From assembly GCA_035444805.1 (NCBI GenBank), contig DAOMPM010000006.1, forward strand, positions 1,069-65,068: a stretch of 64,000 bases of DNA, read 5' to 3'. Below are positions 1 through 9,588 of this stretch, piece after piece. Made by a program: the position numbers and the translations under genes. The notes beneath the pieces are model-generated. The model did not search any database and was not told where the DNA came from. It saw only the letters and a list, made by a program, of their open reading frames with translations. The first letter of the stretch is position 1. Every line of letters starts with the position of its first letter. The DNA is from Luteimonas sp. (GTDB taxonomy: Bacteria > Pseudomonadota > Gammaproteobacteria > Xanthomonadales > Xanthomonadaceae).

Positions 1-148
1 TCTTGCCGCAGCCCGAGGCGCCGAGCAGGCAGCCGATCTCGCCGGCGGCCAGCGCCAGCGACAGGCCGTCGACCACCACCTTGATGCCACCGCCGGGCGC
101 CGGATAGCCGACGCGGATGCCCGCGATGTCCAGCAGCGCATCGGTCAC
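1..148 (-). CDS. fbpC: Fe3+ ABC transporter ATP-binding subunit (N-terminal part only; runs off the window)
   Basis: Manual translation from GTG at 148 (GTGA overlap with permease stop): VTDALLDIAGIRVGY...GEIGCLLGASGCGK, a Walker A motif; follows permease and binding protein. Confidence 0.85.
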   Translation of the reverse strand, partial: MTDALLDIAGIRVGYPAPGGGIKVVVDGLSLALAAGEIGCLLGASGCGK

Positions 149-1872
149 GACATCCTCTCCCGACCATAGCGCACGCCGGTGCGCGCCAGCAGCACCACCG
201 GCAGCAGGCCGACCAGCACGATCAGCAGCGCGGCCACGGCGCCCTCCTCATAGGTCCCGCGCGATGCCTCGGCGTAGAGCCAGGTCGCCAGGGTCTCGAA
301 ATTCAGCGGCCGCAGCAGCAGGGTCGCCGGCAGCTCCTTCATCGCGTCGACGAACACCAGCAGCGCCGCCGCGGCCAGCGCCGGGCGCAGCAGCGGCAGG
401 TGGATCCGCCACAGGGTCGAACCCGGTGCGTGGCCGAGGCTGGCTGCGGCCTGGTCGAGGCTGGGCGGGACGCGCGCCAGGCCCGACTCGACGCCACCGG
501 CGGCGATCGCCAGGAAGCGCACGGCGTAGGCCAGCACCAGCGCCGTCGCCGAGCCCATCAGCAGCATCCGCGGCGTCATCCCGAAGCCCGCCAGCAGCGC
601 ATTGGCGCCGTCGTCGAACCAGGCCAGCGGCAGCAGCAGGCCGATCGCCAGCACCGTGCCCGGCACCGCATAACCGAGGCTGCCGCCGCGCAGCGCCAGC
701 AGCGCCCCGGCCGGGCGGCGTCGCCCCTGCGCAAGCCGCATCGACCAGCCCAGCACCAAGCCGGCGGCCAGCGTCACCAGCGTCGCCGCCAGCGCCACGC
801 CCACGGTGTTGCCGACGCTGGCCAGCAGCTGCGGCGACACCCCGTGCTGGCCGATGCGTTCGACTGCTTCCCAGGCCAGATAACCCGCCGGCAGCACGAA
901 GCCGACCAGCACCGGGAACACGCCCAGCGCCAGCGCCAGCAGCGCCGCGCCGCCGCGCAGCCGCTTCGGCCGCATCGGCCGCGGACGTTCGACCGCCGCA
1001 TAGCGCTGCCGCCGCCGCGCGTGCCGCTCCAGCGCCAGCAGCGCGATCACGATCGCCAGCATCGCCAGCGCGATCTGCGCCGCGCCCGGCAGGTCGCTGC
1101 GCGTGACCCATGTCGTATAGACCGCCACGGTCATGGTCTGCACGCCGAGGAACTCGGACGCGCCGATGTCGTTGAGCACCTCCATCAGCGCCAGCGCGGT
1201 GCCGATCGCGATCGCCGGACGCGCCAGCGGCAGGGCCACGCGGCGGAACACCTGGGTCGGGGTCGCGCCCAGCGCGCGCGCGGCTTCCATCAGGCCCGCG
1301 GCCTGGGTCATGAACATCGCCCGCGTGGTCAGGTAGACATAGGGATAGAGCACGAAGCCCAGCAGCACGATGCAGCCGGCCAGGCCGCGGATGTCGGGCA
1401 GGCGGAAGTCACGCGGGCTGTCGTAGCCGAGCAGCGCGCGGATCACGCCCTGCACCGGCCCCAGCGGATGCAGCAGGTCGAGGTAGGCGAAGGCGACGAT
1501 GTAGGTCGGCACCGCCAGCGGCAGCAGCAGCGCCCAGGCCACGGTGCGGCGGCCGGGGAAGTCGAAGGCGGTGACCAGCCAGGCCGCGCCGGTGCCGATC
1601 GCCACCACCAGCACGCCGACGCCGAGCAGCAGCGCCAGCGTGTTGCGTGCCGCGCCCGGCAGCACGTGGCGGGCGACGTGGGTCCACAGCCCGTCCTGCC
1701 CGCCCTGCAGCGCGATCCATGCAAGCGCGGCCAGCGGCAGCAGGACCAGGACCGCAATTGCTGCTGCCGCCCACTGCCACGGACCTTCTGGCAGCAGCCG
1801 GCGCAGGCTGCGGCCGGTGGGGTTGCGGACCACCGGATGCAGCGCGCCTGCGGATGTTCCAGCCGTTGCCAT
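145..1872 (-). CDS. fbpB: Fe3+ ABC transporter permease
   Basis: Multi-TM protein with two EAA loops (EAARALGA; DQAAASLG); probable start MATAG at 1872. Confidence 0.88.
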   Translation of the reverse strand: MATAGTSAGALHPVVRNPTGRSLRRLLPEGPWQWAAAAIAVLVLLPLAALAWIALQGGQDGLWTHVARHVLPGAARNTLALLLGVGVLVVAIGTGAAWLVTAFDFPGRRTVAWALLLPLAVPTYIVAFAYLDLLHPLGPVQGVIRALLGYDSPRDFRLPDIRGLAGCIVLLGFVLYPYVYLTTRAMFMTQAAGLMEAARALGATPTQVFRRVALPLARPAIAIGTALALMEVLNDIGASEFLGVQTMTVAVYTTWVTRSDLPGAAQIALAMLAIVIALLALERHARRRQRYAAVERPRPMRPKRLRGGAALLALALGVFPVLVGFVLPAGYLAWEAVERIGQHGVSPQLLASVGNTVGVALAATLVTLAAGLVLGWSMRLAQGRRRPAGALLALRGGSLGYAVPGTVLAIGLLLPLAWFDDGANALLAGFGMTPRMLLMGSATALVLAYAVRFLAIAAGGVESGLARVPPSLDQAAASLGHAPGSTLWRIHLPLLRPALAAAALLVFVDAMKELPATLLLRPLNFETLATWLYAEASRGTYEEGAVAALLIVLVGLLPVVLLARTGVRYGRERMS

Positions 1873-1885
1873 GGCGCTCGGCGCG

Positions 1886-2962
1886 TCAGTTGTCGAAGCC
1901 GACCTTGTCGACCAGCGCACTGGCCTCGCGGCGGTTGGCGACCACCTCGGTCAGCGGCAGCGGATCGACGTGCAGTTCGCCGAAGCTGGCGACCACCGGA
2001 TCGAGCTCGACCCCGGCCTTGACCGGGTACTCGTAGTTGGCGCGCGCGTACAGGCTCTGCGCCTCGTCCGAGACCAGGTACTCCATCAGCGCCACGGCGT
2101 TGTCGCGGTTGGGCGCGTGGCGGGCCAGCGCGGCGCCGCTGATGTTGACGTGGGTGCCGCCGCCTTCGACGTTGAAGGTCGGGCGGATGACCTTGATCGC
2201 CTCGCCCCACTGGTGCGACTCGGAGCCGGGCTCGGCGTTCTTCATGCGGCCGACGTAGTACGCGTTGGCGATGCCGATGTCGCAGATGCCGGCGAGGATG
2301 TCGCGGGCCACGTCGCGGTCGCCGCCGGCGGCCTTGCGCCCGAGGTTGGCCTTGACGCCGCGCAGCCAGGTCTCGGTGGCCTCGGCGCCGTGGTGGGCGA
2401 TCATCGCCGCGAACAGGCTGGTGTTGTAGGGATGCTGGCCGGAGCGGATGCAGACCCTGCCCTTCCACTTCGGATCGGCGAGGTCCTCGTAGTGGAACGA
2501 GGTGATGTCCAGGTCCTTGTCGGCATAGAGCACGCGGTCGCGCAGCGACATCGCGAACCACTGCCCGTCGGCACCGCGCAGGTGCGCGGGGATGGCCGCC
2601 TCCAGCACCTGCGACTGCAGCGGCTGGGTATGGCCGGCTTCGACCAGGTCGAGCATGTTGCCGGTGTCGACCACCATCAGCACGTCGGCCGGCGAACGCT
2701 CGCCCTCGGCGCCGAGGCGCTCAAGCAGGCCGTCCTTGAGCAGCACGGTGTTGACCTTGATCCCGGAGCTGGCGGTGAAGGCATCGAGCAGCGGCTGGAT
2801 CAGGCCGGGCTCACGGGTGGTGTAGAGGTTGACCTCGCCGGCCGCCGCCGCTGACGCGGCGTCCGATTCCGGGGCGGAAGACGACTGCTGGGCGCAGGCG
2901 GCGAGCAGCAGGGCCACGCCCGACAGCAGCGACAGGCGGGCGACATGGGCGAAGCGCTGCAT
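1886..2962 (-). CDS. fbpA: Fe3+ ABC transporter substrate-binding lipoprotein (FbpA/FutA family)
   Basis: LAAC lipobox; VNLYTTRE, SPADV, GICDIGIANAYY, HVNISGAA, NYEYPV motifs; start MQRFAH at 2962. Confidence 0.88.
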   Translation of the reverse strand: MQRFAHVARLSLLSGVALLLAACAQQSSSAPESDAASAAAAGEVNLYTTREPGLIQPLLDAFTASSGIKVNTVLLKDGLLERLGAEGERSPADVLMVVDTGNMLDLVEAGHTQPLQSQVLEAAIPAHLRGADGQWFAMSLRDRVLYADKDLDITSFHYEDLADPKWKGRVCIRSGQHPYNTSLFAAMIAHHGAEATETWLRGVKANLGRKAAGGDRDVARDILAGICDIGIANAYYVGRMKNAEPGSESHQWGEAIKVIRPTFNVEGGGTHVNISGAALARHAPNRDNAVALMEYLVSDEAQSLYARANYEYPVKAGVELDPVVASFGELHVDPLPLTEVVANRREASALVDKVGFDN

Positions 2963-3030
2963 CGTAACCCCTTGATATGAATGAGAGAACAGGCTCCGGG
3001 CGACGCCAATGGAAACGGCAACCGGAGCGG

Positions 3031-3051
3031 GAATGAGAATTGTACGCATTT
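3031..3051. promoter_or_regulatory. Fur box-like operator upstream of fbpABC
   Basis: GAATGAGAATTGTACGCATTT resembles the AATGAGAAT-N-ATTNTCATT Fur consensus and lies ~70 bp upstream of an iron transporter. Confidence 0.7.
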
Positions 3052-3150
3052 GCCGGCACGCCGCCAAACGATCGCCCGCGGCACGGGCCTGGCCTCGGTC
3101 CGCCGCTGCCGCGCGTGGCGACGCCGTGGACGATGTCGCGCCCACTACCA

Positions 3151-3269
3151 ACTTGCGATCAAGCTTGAAAAGTAGGAGCGGGCCATGCCCGCGACCCACG
3201 CAGCCTGGGCACCGCCGCTCGCCGGTCGCGCCCATGGGGCGCTCCTACACCATGCTGTTGATTGCGAAT
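3151..3269. repeat. GTAG-type REP doublet (77 bp core 3172-3248) with outer inverted flanks
   Basis: GTAGGAGCGGGCCATGCCCGCGAC...GGTCGCGCCCATGGGGCGCTCCTAC, flanked by CTTGCGATCAAG / TTGATTGCGAAT. Confidence 0.9.
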
Positions 3270-3274
3270 GGGGA

Positions 3275-4312
3275 TCAACGATCCGCCTGGCGCGGGAACA
3301 GCAGCATCGCGTCGCCGTAGGAGAAGAAGCGGTAGCGCTCGCGCACCGCGTGCTCGTAGGCGGCGAAGATGCGCTCGCGCCCGGCGAAGGCCGACACCAG
3401 CATCAGCAGGGTCGACTCGGGCAGGTGGAAGTTGGTCAGCAGCGCGTCGACGCTGCGGATGCGGTAGCCAGGGAAGATGAAGATCCGCGTCTCGCCGGCG
3501 AACGGATGCAGCTCGCCGTCCTGCATTGCGCTTTCGAGCGCGCGCACGACGGTGGTGCCGACCGCGACCACGCGCCCGCCCGCCTCGCGCGTGCGCCGCA
3601 CCTGCGCGACCAGTTCGGCACCGACGTTGAGCCACTCGCTGTGCATGTCGTGCGCGTGCAGGTCGTCCACGCGCACCGGCTGGAAGGTGCCCGCGCCGAC
3701 GTGCAGAGTGACATGGCCGAACGCGACCCCGCGCTCGCGCAGGTCGGCCAGCAGCGCATCGTCGAAGTGCAGGCCGGCGGTGGGCGCGGCGACCGCACCG
3801 ATCTCGCGCGCGAACACGGTCTGGTAGCGCTCGGCGTCGTCCTGCCCCGGCTCGCGGCGGATGTAGGGCGGCAGCGGCAGGCGCCCGGCCTTGAGCAACC
3901 ACGACTCCAGCGCACCGTCGACATGGAAGCGCAGGTGGTAGAACTCGCCGTCGCGACCGAGCACCTCGGCCTCGCCGCCGGCGTCGAGCACGATGCGTCC
4001 GCCGGGCCTGGGCGACTTGCTGGCGCCGACCTGCACCCGCGCCTCGTTGCCAGGCAGCAGGCGCTCGACCAGGATCTCCACCCGGCCGCCGCTGTCCTTC
4101 TGTCCGAACAGCCGCGCCGGGATCACCCGGGTGTCGTTGAACACCAGCAGGTCGCCAGGACGCAGCCAGTCGCCGAGTTCGCGCACCTGCGTATCCACGA
4201 ACGCCGCGTCGCCCGGTGGCACCACCAGCATCCGACTGGCCGAACGTTCCGGCAGCGGCGCCTGCGCGATCAGCTCGGGCGGCAGCTGGTAGTGGAAGTC
4301 CGACTTCTTCAT
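3275..4312 (-). CDS. queA: S-adenosylmethionine:tRNA ribosyltransferase-isomerase
   Basis: [55 protein letters not shown] motifs. Confidence 0.98.
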   Translation of the reverse strand: MKKSDFHYQLPPELIAQAPLPERSASRMLVVPPGDAAFVDTQVRELGDWLRPGDLLVFNDTRVIPARLFGQKDSGGRVEILVERLLPGNEARVQVGASKSPRPGGRIVLDAGGEAEVLGRDGEFYHLRFHVDGALESWLLKAGRLPLPPYIRREPGQDDAERYQTVFAREIGAVAAPTAGLHFDDALLADLRERGVAFGHVTLHVGAGTFQPVRVDDLHAHDMHSEWLNVGAELVAQVRRTREAGGRVVAVGTTVVRALESAMQDGELHPFAGETRIFIFPGYRIRSVDALLTNFHLPESTLLMLVSAFAGRERIFAAYEHAVRERYRFFSYGDAMLLFPRQADR

Positions 4313-4321
4313 CGCGTGATT

Positions 4322-4407
4322 GTAGGGCGGGCCTTGGCCCGCCATGGTGAGGATTCCATGCGCGTCTTTGCGGCGGTATGGCGATGGCGGGCCAAGGCCC
4401 GCCCTAC
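4322..4407. repeat. Second GTAG-type REP doublet family
   Basis: Perfect 24 bp inverted repeat GTAGGGCGGGCCTTGGCCCGCCAT...ATGGCGGGCCAAGGCCCGCCCTAC. Confidence 0.9.
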
Positions 4408-4835
4408 CGCTCGAACTTGGTCGACAGGATCACCGCCGACGTCGTCCGCTCCACCCCGTCGATCGCGCCGATGCGGTCGGTCAGCTCGTCCATGTCCACC
4501 ACCGTCGGCACCACGCCCATCGCCACCAGGTCGTGCGCGCCGCTGACCGAATGCAGGCTGCGCACCTGCGGCATGTCGCGCAGCGCCTGCACCACCGCCG
4601 GCATCTGCTTGGGCAGCACGGTGATCAGGATGTGCGCGCGGATGTGGCCGCGCTCGACTTCCTCGTTCACGCGCACGGTGTAGCCGCGGATCACGTCCTC
4701 GCGCTCGAGCCGCTCGATCCGGCTCTGTACCGTGGTTCGCGACAGGCCCAGCCGGCGCGCGATCTGGGCGGTCGAAGCCCGCGCGTCCTCGCGCAGGGCG
4801 GACAGCAGTTCGGCGTCGGCGGGGGTGATTTTCAT
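4404..4835 (-). CDS. Lrp/AsnC family transcriptional regulator
   Basis: N-terminal HTH ([31 protein letters not shown]) and AsnC ligand domain (SVSGAHDL); divergent from lat. Confidence 0.93.
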   Translation of the reverse strand: MKITPADAELLSALREDARASTAQIARRLGLSRTTVQSRIERLEREDVIRGYTVRVNEEVERGHIRAHILITVLPKQMPAVVQALRDMPQVRSLHSVSGAHDLVAMGVVPTVVDMDELTDRIGAIDGVERTTSAVILSTKFER

Positions 4836-5012
4836 GATCTGCGCAGATGCTTCGTCGATTCGACGAAATCATACTGAATTTTGCGCAATTCGACCCTGTC
4901 TTGTGCCGACAGGATCGAGATAATAGGCGTCTGGCCGCCGTTCCCGGCGCCCCTTCCACGACCGCCGACGCCGTCCCGACCGCGCCGCGACCCCGTCCCA
5001 GGAGAAGTGCCG

Positions 5013-6509
5013 ATGTCCGTCACCGCCGCCCTCGCCCCCCTGCGCGCCCACGCCGGCCAGCGCCGCACCAGCGGCCTCGACGACGCCACGATCGGGCGCC
5101 TGGCCGATTCGCACCCGGACCTCGTCGCCGCCATCGACGCGGCCGCCGTCGAATACGCGCGGATCAAGGCTGACTTCGCCGAGCTGCTCGACCTCGACGA
5201 AGACGCGCAGGTCGCCGCCACCCAGGCCGGCTACGTCAACTTCTACCCGACCGACGCGGTCAACCCCTACGTCGCGCTCACCGCGCGCGGGCCGTGGATC
5301 GTCACCCTCAAGGGCGCGGTGGTCCATGACTCCGGCGGCTACGGCATGCTCGGCCTCGGCCACGCGCCGCAGGCGGTGATCGAGGCCATGGCCAAGCCGC
5401 AGGCGATGGCCAACGTGATGACGCCGAGCCTGTCGCAGCTGCGCTTCGAACGCGCCATGCGCAAGGAAATCGGCCACACCGCCGGCGGCTGCCCGTTCAC
5501 GCACTTCCTGTGCCTGAACTCCGGCTCCGAATCGGTGGGCCTGGCTGCGCGCATCGCCGACGTCAACACCAAGCTGATGACCGACCCGGGCGCGAAGCAT
5601 GCCGGCCGCGTCGTCAAGCGCATCGTGGTCAAGGGCAGCTTCCACGGCCGCACCGAGCGCCCGGCGCTGTATTCGGATTCCTCGCGCAAGGCCTACCTGC
5701 AGCACCTGGCCAGCTTCCGCGGCGAGGACTCGCTGATCGCGATCGAGCCCTACGACGCCGACGCCCTGCGCCGCGCCTTCGCCGACGCCGAGGTGAACGG
5801 CTGGTTCGTCGAAGCCGTGTTCCTGGAGCCGGTGATGGGCGAAGGCGACCCCGGTCGCGCCCTGCCGCGCGCGTTCTACGACACCGCGCGCGAGCTGACC
5901 AAGGCGCACGGCTCGCTGCTGCTGGTCGACTCGATCCAGGCCGGCCTGCGCGCGCACGGCGTGCTGTCGATCGTCGACTACCCCGGCTTCGAGGGCATCG
6001 ACCCGCCGGACATGGAAACCTATTCCAAGGCGCTCAACGCCGGCCAGTACCCGCTGTCGGTGCTGGCGGTGACCGCGCATGCCGCCGGCCTGTACCGCAG
6101 CGGCATCTACGGCAACACCATGACCACCAACCCGCGCGCGCTCGACGTCGCCTGCGCGGTGCTGGAGGCGATCACGCCGGAACTGCGCGCCAACATCCGC
6201 GAGCGCGGCCGGGAATCGGTGGCCAAGCTCGAAGCGCTCAAGGCCGAACTCGGCGGCCTGATCACCAAGGTCCAGGGCACCGGCCTGCTGTTCTCCTGCG
6301 AACTCGCGCCGCAGTTCAAGTGCTACGGCGCCGGCTCGACCGAGGAATGGCTGCGCGAGCAGGGCATCGGCGTGATCCACGGCGGCGCCAACTCGCTGCG
6401 CTTCACCCCCCGCTTCGGCCTGCAGTCGGACGAGATCGACCTGCTGGTGTCGATGATCGGCAAGGCGCTGCGCGAAGGGCCACGGCAGAAGGTCGCCGCC
6501 GCCGCGTAG
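5013..6509 (+). CDS. lat: L-lysine 6-aminotransferase (class III PLP enzyme)
   Basis: SFHGRT, EPVMGEG, DSIQAG and TYSKALN motifs; SD AGGAG. Closely resembles my recollection of the xanthomonad-type Lat (LAPLRAHAG...CLNSGSE...GNTMTTNPRALDVAC). Confidence 0.8.
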   Translation: MSVTAALAPLRAHAGQRRTSGLDDATIGRLADSHPDLVAAIDAAAVEYARIKADFAELLDLDEDAQVAATQAGYVNFYPTDAVNPYVALTARGPWIVTLKGAVVHDSGGYGMLGLGHAPQAVIEAMAKPQAMANVMTPSLSQLRFERAMRKEIGHTAGGCPFTHFLCLNSGSESVGLAARIADVNTKLMTDPGAKHAGRVVKRIVVKGSFHGRTERPALYSDSSRKAYLQHLASFRGEDSLIAIEPYDADALRRAFADAEVNGWFVEAVFLEPVMGEGDPGRALPRAFYDTARELTKAHGSLLLVDSIQAGLRAHGVLSIVDYPGFEGIDPPDMETYSKALNAGQYPLSVLAVTAHAAGLYRSGIYGNTMTTNPRALDVACAVLEAITPELRANIRERGRESVAKLEALKAELGGLITKVQGTGLLFSCELAPQFKCYGAGSTEEWLREQGIGVIHGGANSLRFTPRFGLQSDEIDLLVSMIGKALREGPRQKVAAAA

Positions 6510-6649
6510 GAGCGGCCGCGCCGCGAAGCACTGGACGATGCGGGATGACAACCGGCATGATCCCGGCGCTGCATCGCCATCCGGTCGCGCCCATGGGGCG
6601 CTCCTACGGGAGTACGGTTTCCTCGTAGGAGCGGGCCATACCCGCGACC
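6506..6649. repeat. Cluster of three GTAG REP arms
   Basis: GTAGGAGCGGCCGCGCCGCGA at 6506 (contains lat stop TAG); GGTCGCGCCCATGGGGCGCTCCTAC ending 6607; GTAGGAGCGGGCCATACCCGCGACC from 6625. Confidence 0.85.
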
Positions 6650-6732
6650 GCGCCGCTAAACCTGGACCGAATCTTGCAAGCACCGACGCGCGTCGGTAAA
6701 AGCCATTTGTGTGGGCAACATCGATCACGCGC

Positions 6733-7200
6733 ATGGCACCCGTTCCTGCCAGGACCTGGAAGTTCTCGGACATTTGTATTGCCACGCTGCTGTTGGCGGT
6801 GGCATTGTTCGGCCTGTTCTACATCGGGATCGCCGAGTTTCGTTGGCGGGACTATACCGCGCCTCCTTTGATGGGCTTCGGACCCCACAGATGGGATCTG
6901 GCAGGCGTAATCGAAGCCGTCGTGCGATCCATCGCGGGCTTGGTTGCGCTTCTCTCCCTGTTCCTGTTCCGCCGCCATCCTCGCTTGTCCCTGACGCTCG
7001 GCATCGCCAGCGCACTAGCGGCCGCCGCGACCAACGCATACCGAATCTACGACGATGTCACGGCATGGGCGCCCTTCGGCGCAGGCGCTCTGGATGTCAC
7101 CCACCCATTCGTGATGATTGACACCCTGATCTGCGTCGTCCTGCTGGCTTGGCTGGGAGTGCGTGCTGCAAGTGAATGCGCTCGAAGTGGATCCGGATGA
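6733..7200 (+). CDS. Hypothetical 4-TM membrane protein, atypical lower-GC codon usage
   Basis: ORF with four hydrophobic stretches; many A/T-ending codons compared with neighbours; start uncertain (6709 or 6733). Confidence 0.55.
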   Translation: MAPVPARTWKFSDICIATLLLAVALFGLFYIGIAEFRWRDYTAPPLMGFGPHRWDLAGVIEAVVRSIAGLVALLSLFLFRRHPRLSLTLGIASALAAAATNAYRIYDDVTAWAPFGAGALDVTHPFVMIDTLICVVLLAWLGVRAASECARSGSG

Positions 7201-7285
7201 AGCAACCGGATCGCCGCTCATCGCGCCTCGGCGACCTGTCTCTCACCGTATGGCGGCAGCGTCAGACCGCCGCCGCCGTCCGGAA

Positions 7286-9349
7286 TCAAGGCTGGCGCAT
7301 CTCCAGGCCCAGCGCCTCGGCGATCGCCTTCCACGACACGATCTTGTAGTTCTGGTTCTCGGCGGGGAGCACGTTGCGCCCGTCCTGCGCGACCATCGCG
7401 CCGTACTCCAGCCCGGGCCCGAGGTTCGCGCTGCTGACGTCCAGGCCATCGGTCTCGGAAATGCCGTCGATGCCGCGCGCCGGATCGGCGACCACGGCGA
7501 ACGAACCCAGATACTCCTGCTCCGCCTCGCGCCGGTACACCGCATAGGTGTCGTTGCCCTGGCTGGACACGATGATGTAGCCGCGGCCTTCGCCGAGGTC
7601 GTACAGACCTACGCCTTCGAAGTCGTCCTTCACCGCGGGGTTGTCCGCGATACGCTCGACGACGGTCTTGTCGTCGCCGCCGTCGGGCTCGGCGGACAGT
7701 TTCCACAGCGCGACGTCCTCCTCGCCGACGTAGAGGATGCCGGTCTCGTCGTCGGCCACGCAGCCCTCGGTCTGGGAGTCGAACTCCAGTTCGCGCACCA
7801 GCTCGGTCCGCACCCGCCCGTTGCCGGCGTCGAGTAGCCGCCACTGCCGCTTCACCGTGTCGTCGCCGTTGATGAAAACGTAGAAGTCGCCGTTGCGCTG
7901 GCTGCGGTACATGCACAGGCCGTACGGGTCGTGCATGCCGGTCGGCTGCACGCCGTCGGCGATTTCCACCAGCTCGCCCTTGCCGGTGTCGAGCCGGTAG
8001 ATGGCGATGGACTTGCGCGTGCGGTCGCTCGCGGTGACCAGCACCACCTTCTCGCCGCCAAGGTCGAAGCCGTCGCGCAGGTCGACGTTGTTCATCTTGC
8101 CGTCGGCCACGTAGTGCTTCACCCGCCCCTGCATGTCGTGCACGTACAGCCCGGACTTCTTGTCGGTCGCCACGATCAGGCTCATCCCCGGTTGCATCGG
8201 ATTGGCCCAGATCGCCGGGTCGTCCGCGGCGTCGCCGTAGCTGGCGACGGGAACCGTTTCCGCCACCGCGACCACGCCGGAACCGGGGCCTGGGGCAGTG
8301 GTCCGCGGGTCCCGCGGCGCGCCCGCGGTGAAGCCGAGCGCCTCGGCGATGGTGCCGATCGACAGCAGCTTGACGTCCGGTCCATCCTCGTCGGTCACCA
8401 GTAGCGCGCCGTCCGGCATGTCCGGGCCGAGTCCGGGCCCTGCGGCGAACATCGGCCCCGGTTCGTCGACGGTGGCGTCATCGCCGGCGGCGATGCGGAA
8501 GCTGCCGATATAGGCCGCGTCGTCCGCGAGGTCGTAGACGTTGACGCTGCCGGCCGAGGCGTTGGACGCGAACAGCCAGCGACCGCCCTCGCCCTCGTGG
8601 ACCGCCAGCCCGCCGACTTCCTCTTCGATGTGTCCGCCGCGCGGCAGGTCGATCAGTGCGGCCGCGACGTCAGACTCCGGATCCGCGTTCAAGCGCCAGA
8701 TGCCGACCGTTTCCTCCGACGCGTAGACGTGGCCCGCGGCATGGTCCACCGCGCACTGCTTCAGCGGCGACGGCACCGAGATCCTGCGCACCTGCGTAGC
8801 CGCGAGCGTGCCATCGCCAGCATCATGGATCACGCGCTGCTCGATCTCGCCGCCGTCGCCGACCACGAACGCGTTGAGCACCCCACTGAGCGGATTGCGG
8901 GACAGGCACAGCCCCTCGCCGGCGAAGCCCAGCGGCACCGGCGGCGCGACCTCGACCAACGTGTCCGCGGCGAAGCGGAACAGACGCAGGCTGTGCGGCG
9001 TGGTGGTGTCGATCGCCGCCACCAGGGTGATGCGGTCGTCGCCGAGACCGATGCCGTAGGCGACGTCCACTGCGGCGACCTCGCCGGCGGCGACCGCCGC
9101 GACACGGCGACCATCGACGGTGTGCAGCTCCAGTCCGCCTCGCGCCGTCGCGGAAACGATCCGGTTCCCGTCCGGACCCTCGCCCAGCAGCAGCGCAGCG
9201 CCGAGGACCTCGCCCGACTCGGCCGCCGCGGTACGCGCCGCCGGCGCCAGCGTCGACAGCGGATCGCCGGCGCCCTGCTGGACCTGGGTGCACCCACCTA
9301 GGCACAGCATGACCGTGGCCAGGCCGCAGAGCGTCCGCATCGTTCCCAT
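7286..9349 (-). CDS. Tandem-domain beta-propeller (alkaline, Ca-dependent) phytase, lipoprotein
   Basis: C-terminal domain has ADDPAIW, NNVD, PYGLCMY, EGCVADD, GEED, EGVGLY, SSQGND, ETDG, QDG motifs; N-terminal half is a degenerate second propeller; LGGC lipobox. Confidence 0.9.
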   Translation of the reverse strand: MGTMRTLCGLATVMLCLGGCTQVQQGAGDPLSTLAPAARTAAAESGEVLGAALLLGEGPDGNRIVSATARGGLELHTVDGRRVAAVAAGEVAAVDVAYGIGLGDDRITLVAAIDTTTPHSLRLFRFAADTLVEVAPPVPLGFAGEGLCLSRNPLSGVLNAFVVGDGGEIEQRVIHDAGDGTLAATQVRRISVPSPLKQCAVDHAAGHVYASEETVGIWRLNADPESDVAAALIDLPRGGHIEEEVGGLAVHEGEGGRWLFASNASAGSVNVYDLADDAAYIGSFRIAAGDDATVDEPGPMFAAGPGLGPDMPDGALLVTDEDGPDVKLLSIGTIAEALGFTAGAPRDPRTTAPGPGSGVVAVAETVPVASYGDAADDPAIWANPMQPGMSLIVATDKKSGLYVHDMQGRVKHYVADGKMNNVDLRDGFDLGGEKVVLVTASDRTRKSIAIYRLDTGKGELVEIADGVQPTGMHDPYGLCMYRSQRNGDFYVFINGDDTVKRQWRLLDAGNGRVRTELVRELEFDSQTEGCVADDETGILYVGEEDVALWKLSAEPDGGDDKTVVERIADNPAVKDDFEGVGLYDLGEGRGYIIVSSQGNDTYAVYRREAEQEYLGSFAVVADPARGIDGISETDGLDVSSANLGPGLEYGAMVAQDGRNVLPAENQNYKIVSWKAIAEALGLEMRQP

Positions 9350-9468
9350 CGTTGCAACTCCTCATTATCTGGCGTGGATCGGTCGGTCGCGGCACCCGGC
9401 CTGCGCGCCGACGGGCTGGCGGCGGGAGACGCGGCCAGGTGGCCACGCTAGCCAAGTAGCCCCCCATT

Positions 9469-9514
9469 TGCAAGAAAAATTCTAATTTAGTTGCATTTTG
9501 GAATCTTTGTTCGT
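9469..9514. promoter_or_regulatory. Pair of candidate IolR operators in phytase/TBDR divergent promoter
   Basis: TGCAA-GAAAAA-TTCTA (9469-9484) and TGGAA-TCTTTG-TTCGT (9499-9514); same TGGAA-N6-TTCCA-like palindrome as at the iol promoters. Confidence 0.55.
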
Positions 9515-9588
9515 AATCTCGGTCCTGGCCGGACCGTCCGGCAATCGCCGGTGTGTGCATCGGAACAGTCCTCGGGAGGGACCGGATC

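Noticed and set aside
4404-6509. Lrp regulator plus lat pair as part of the island
   Set aside because: A known lysine-catabolism module with no functional tie to inositol or phosphate; treated as flanking core genome.
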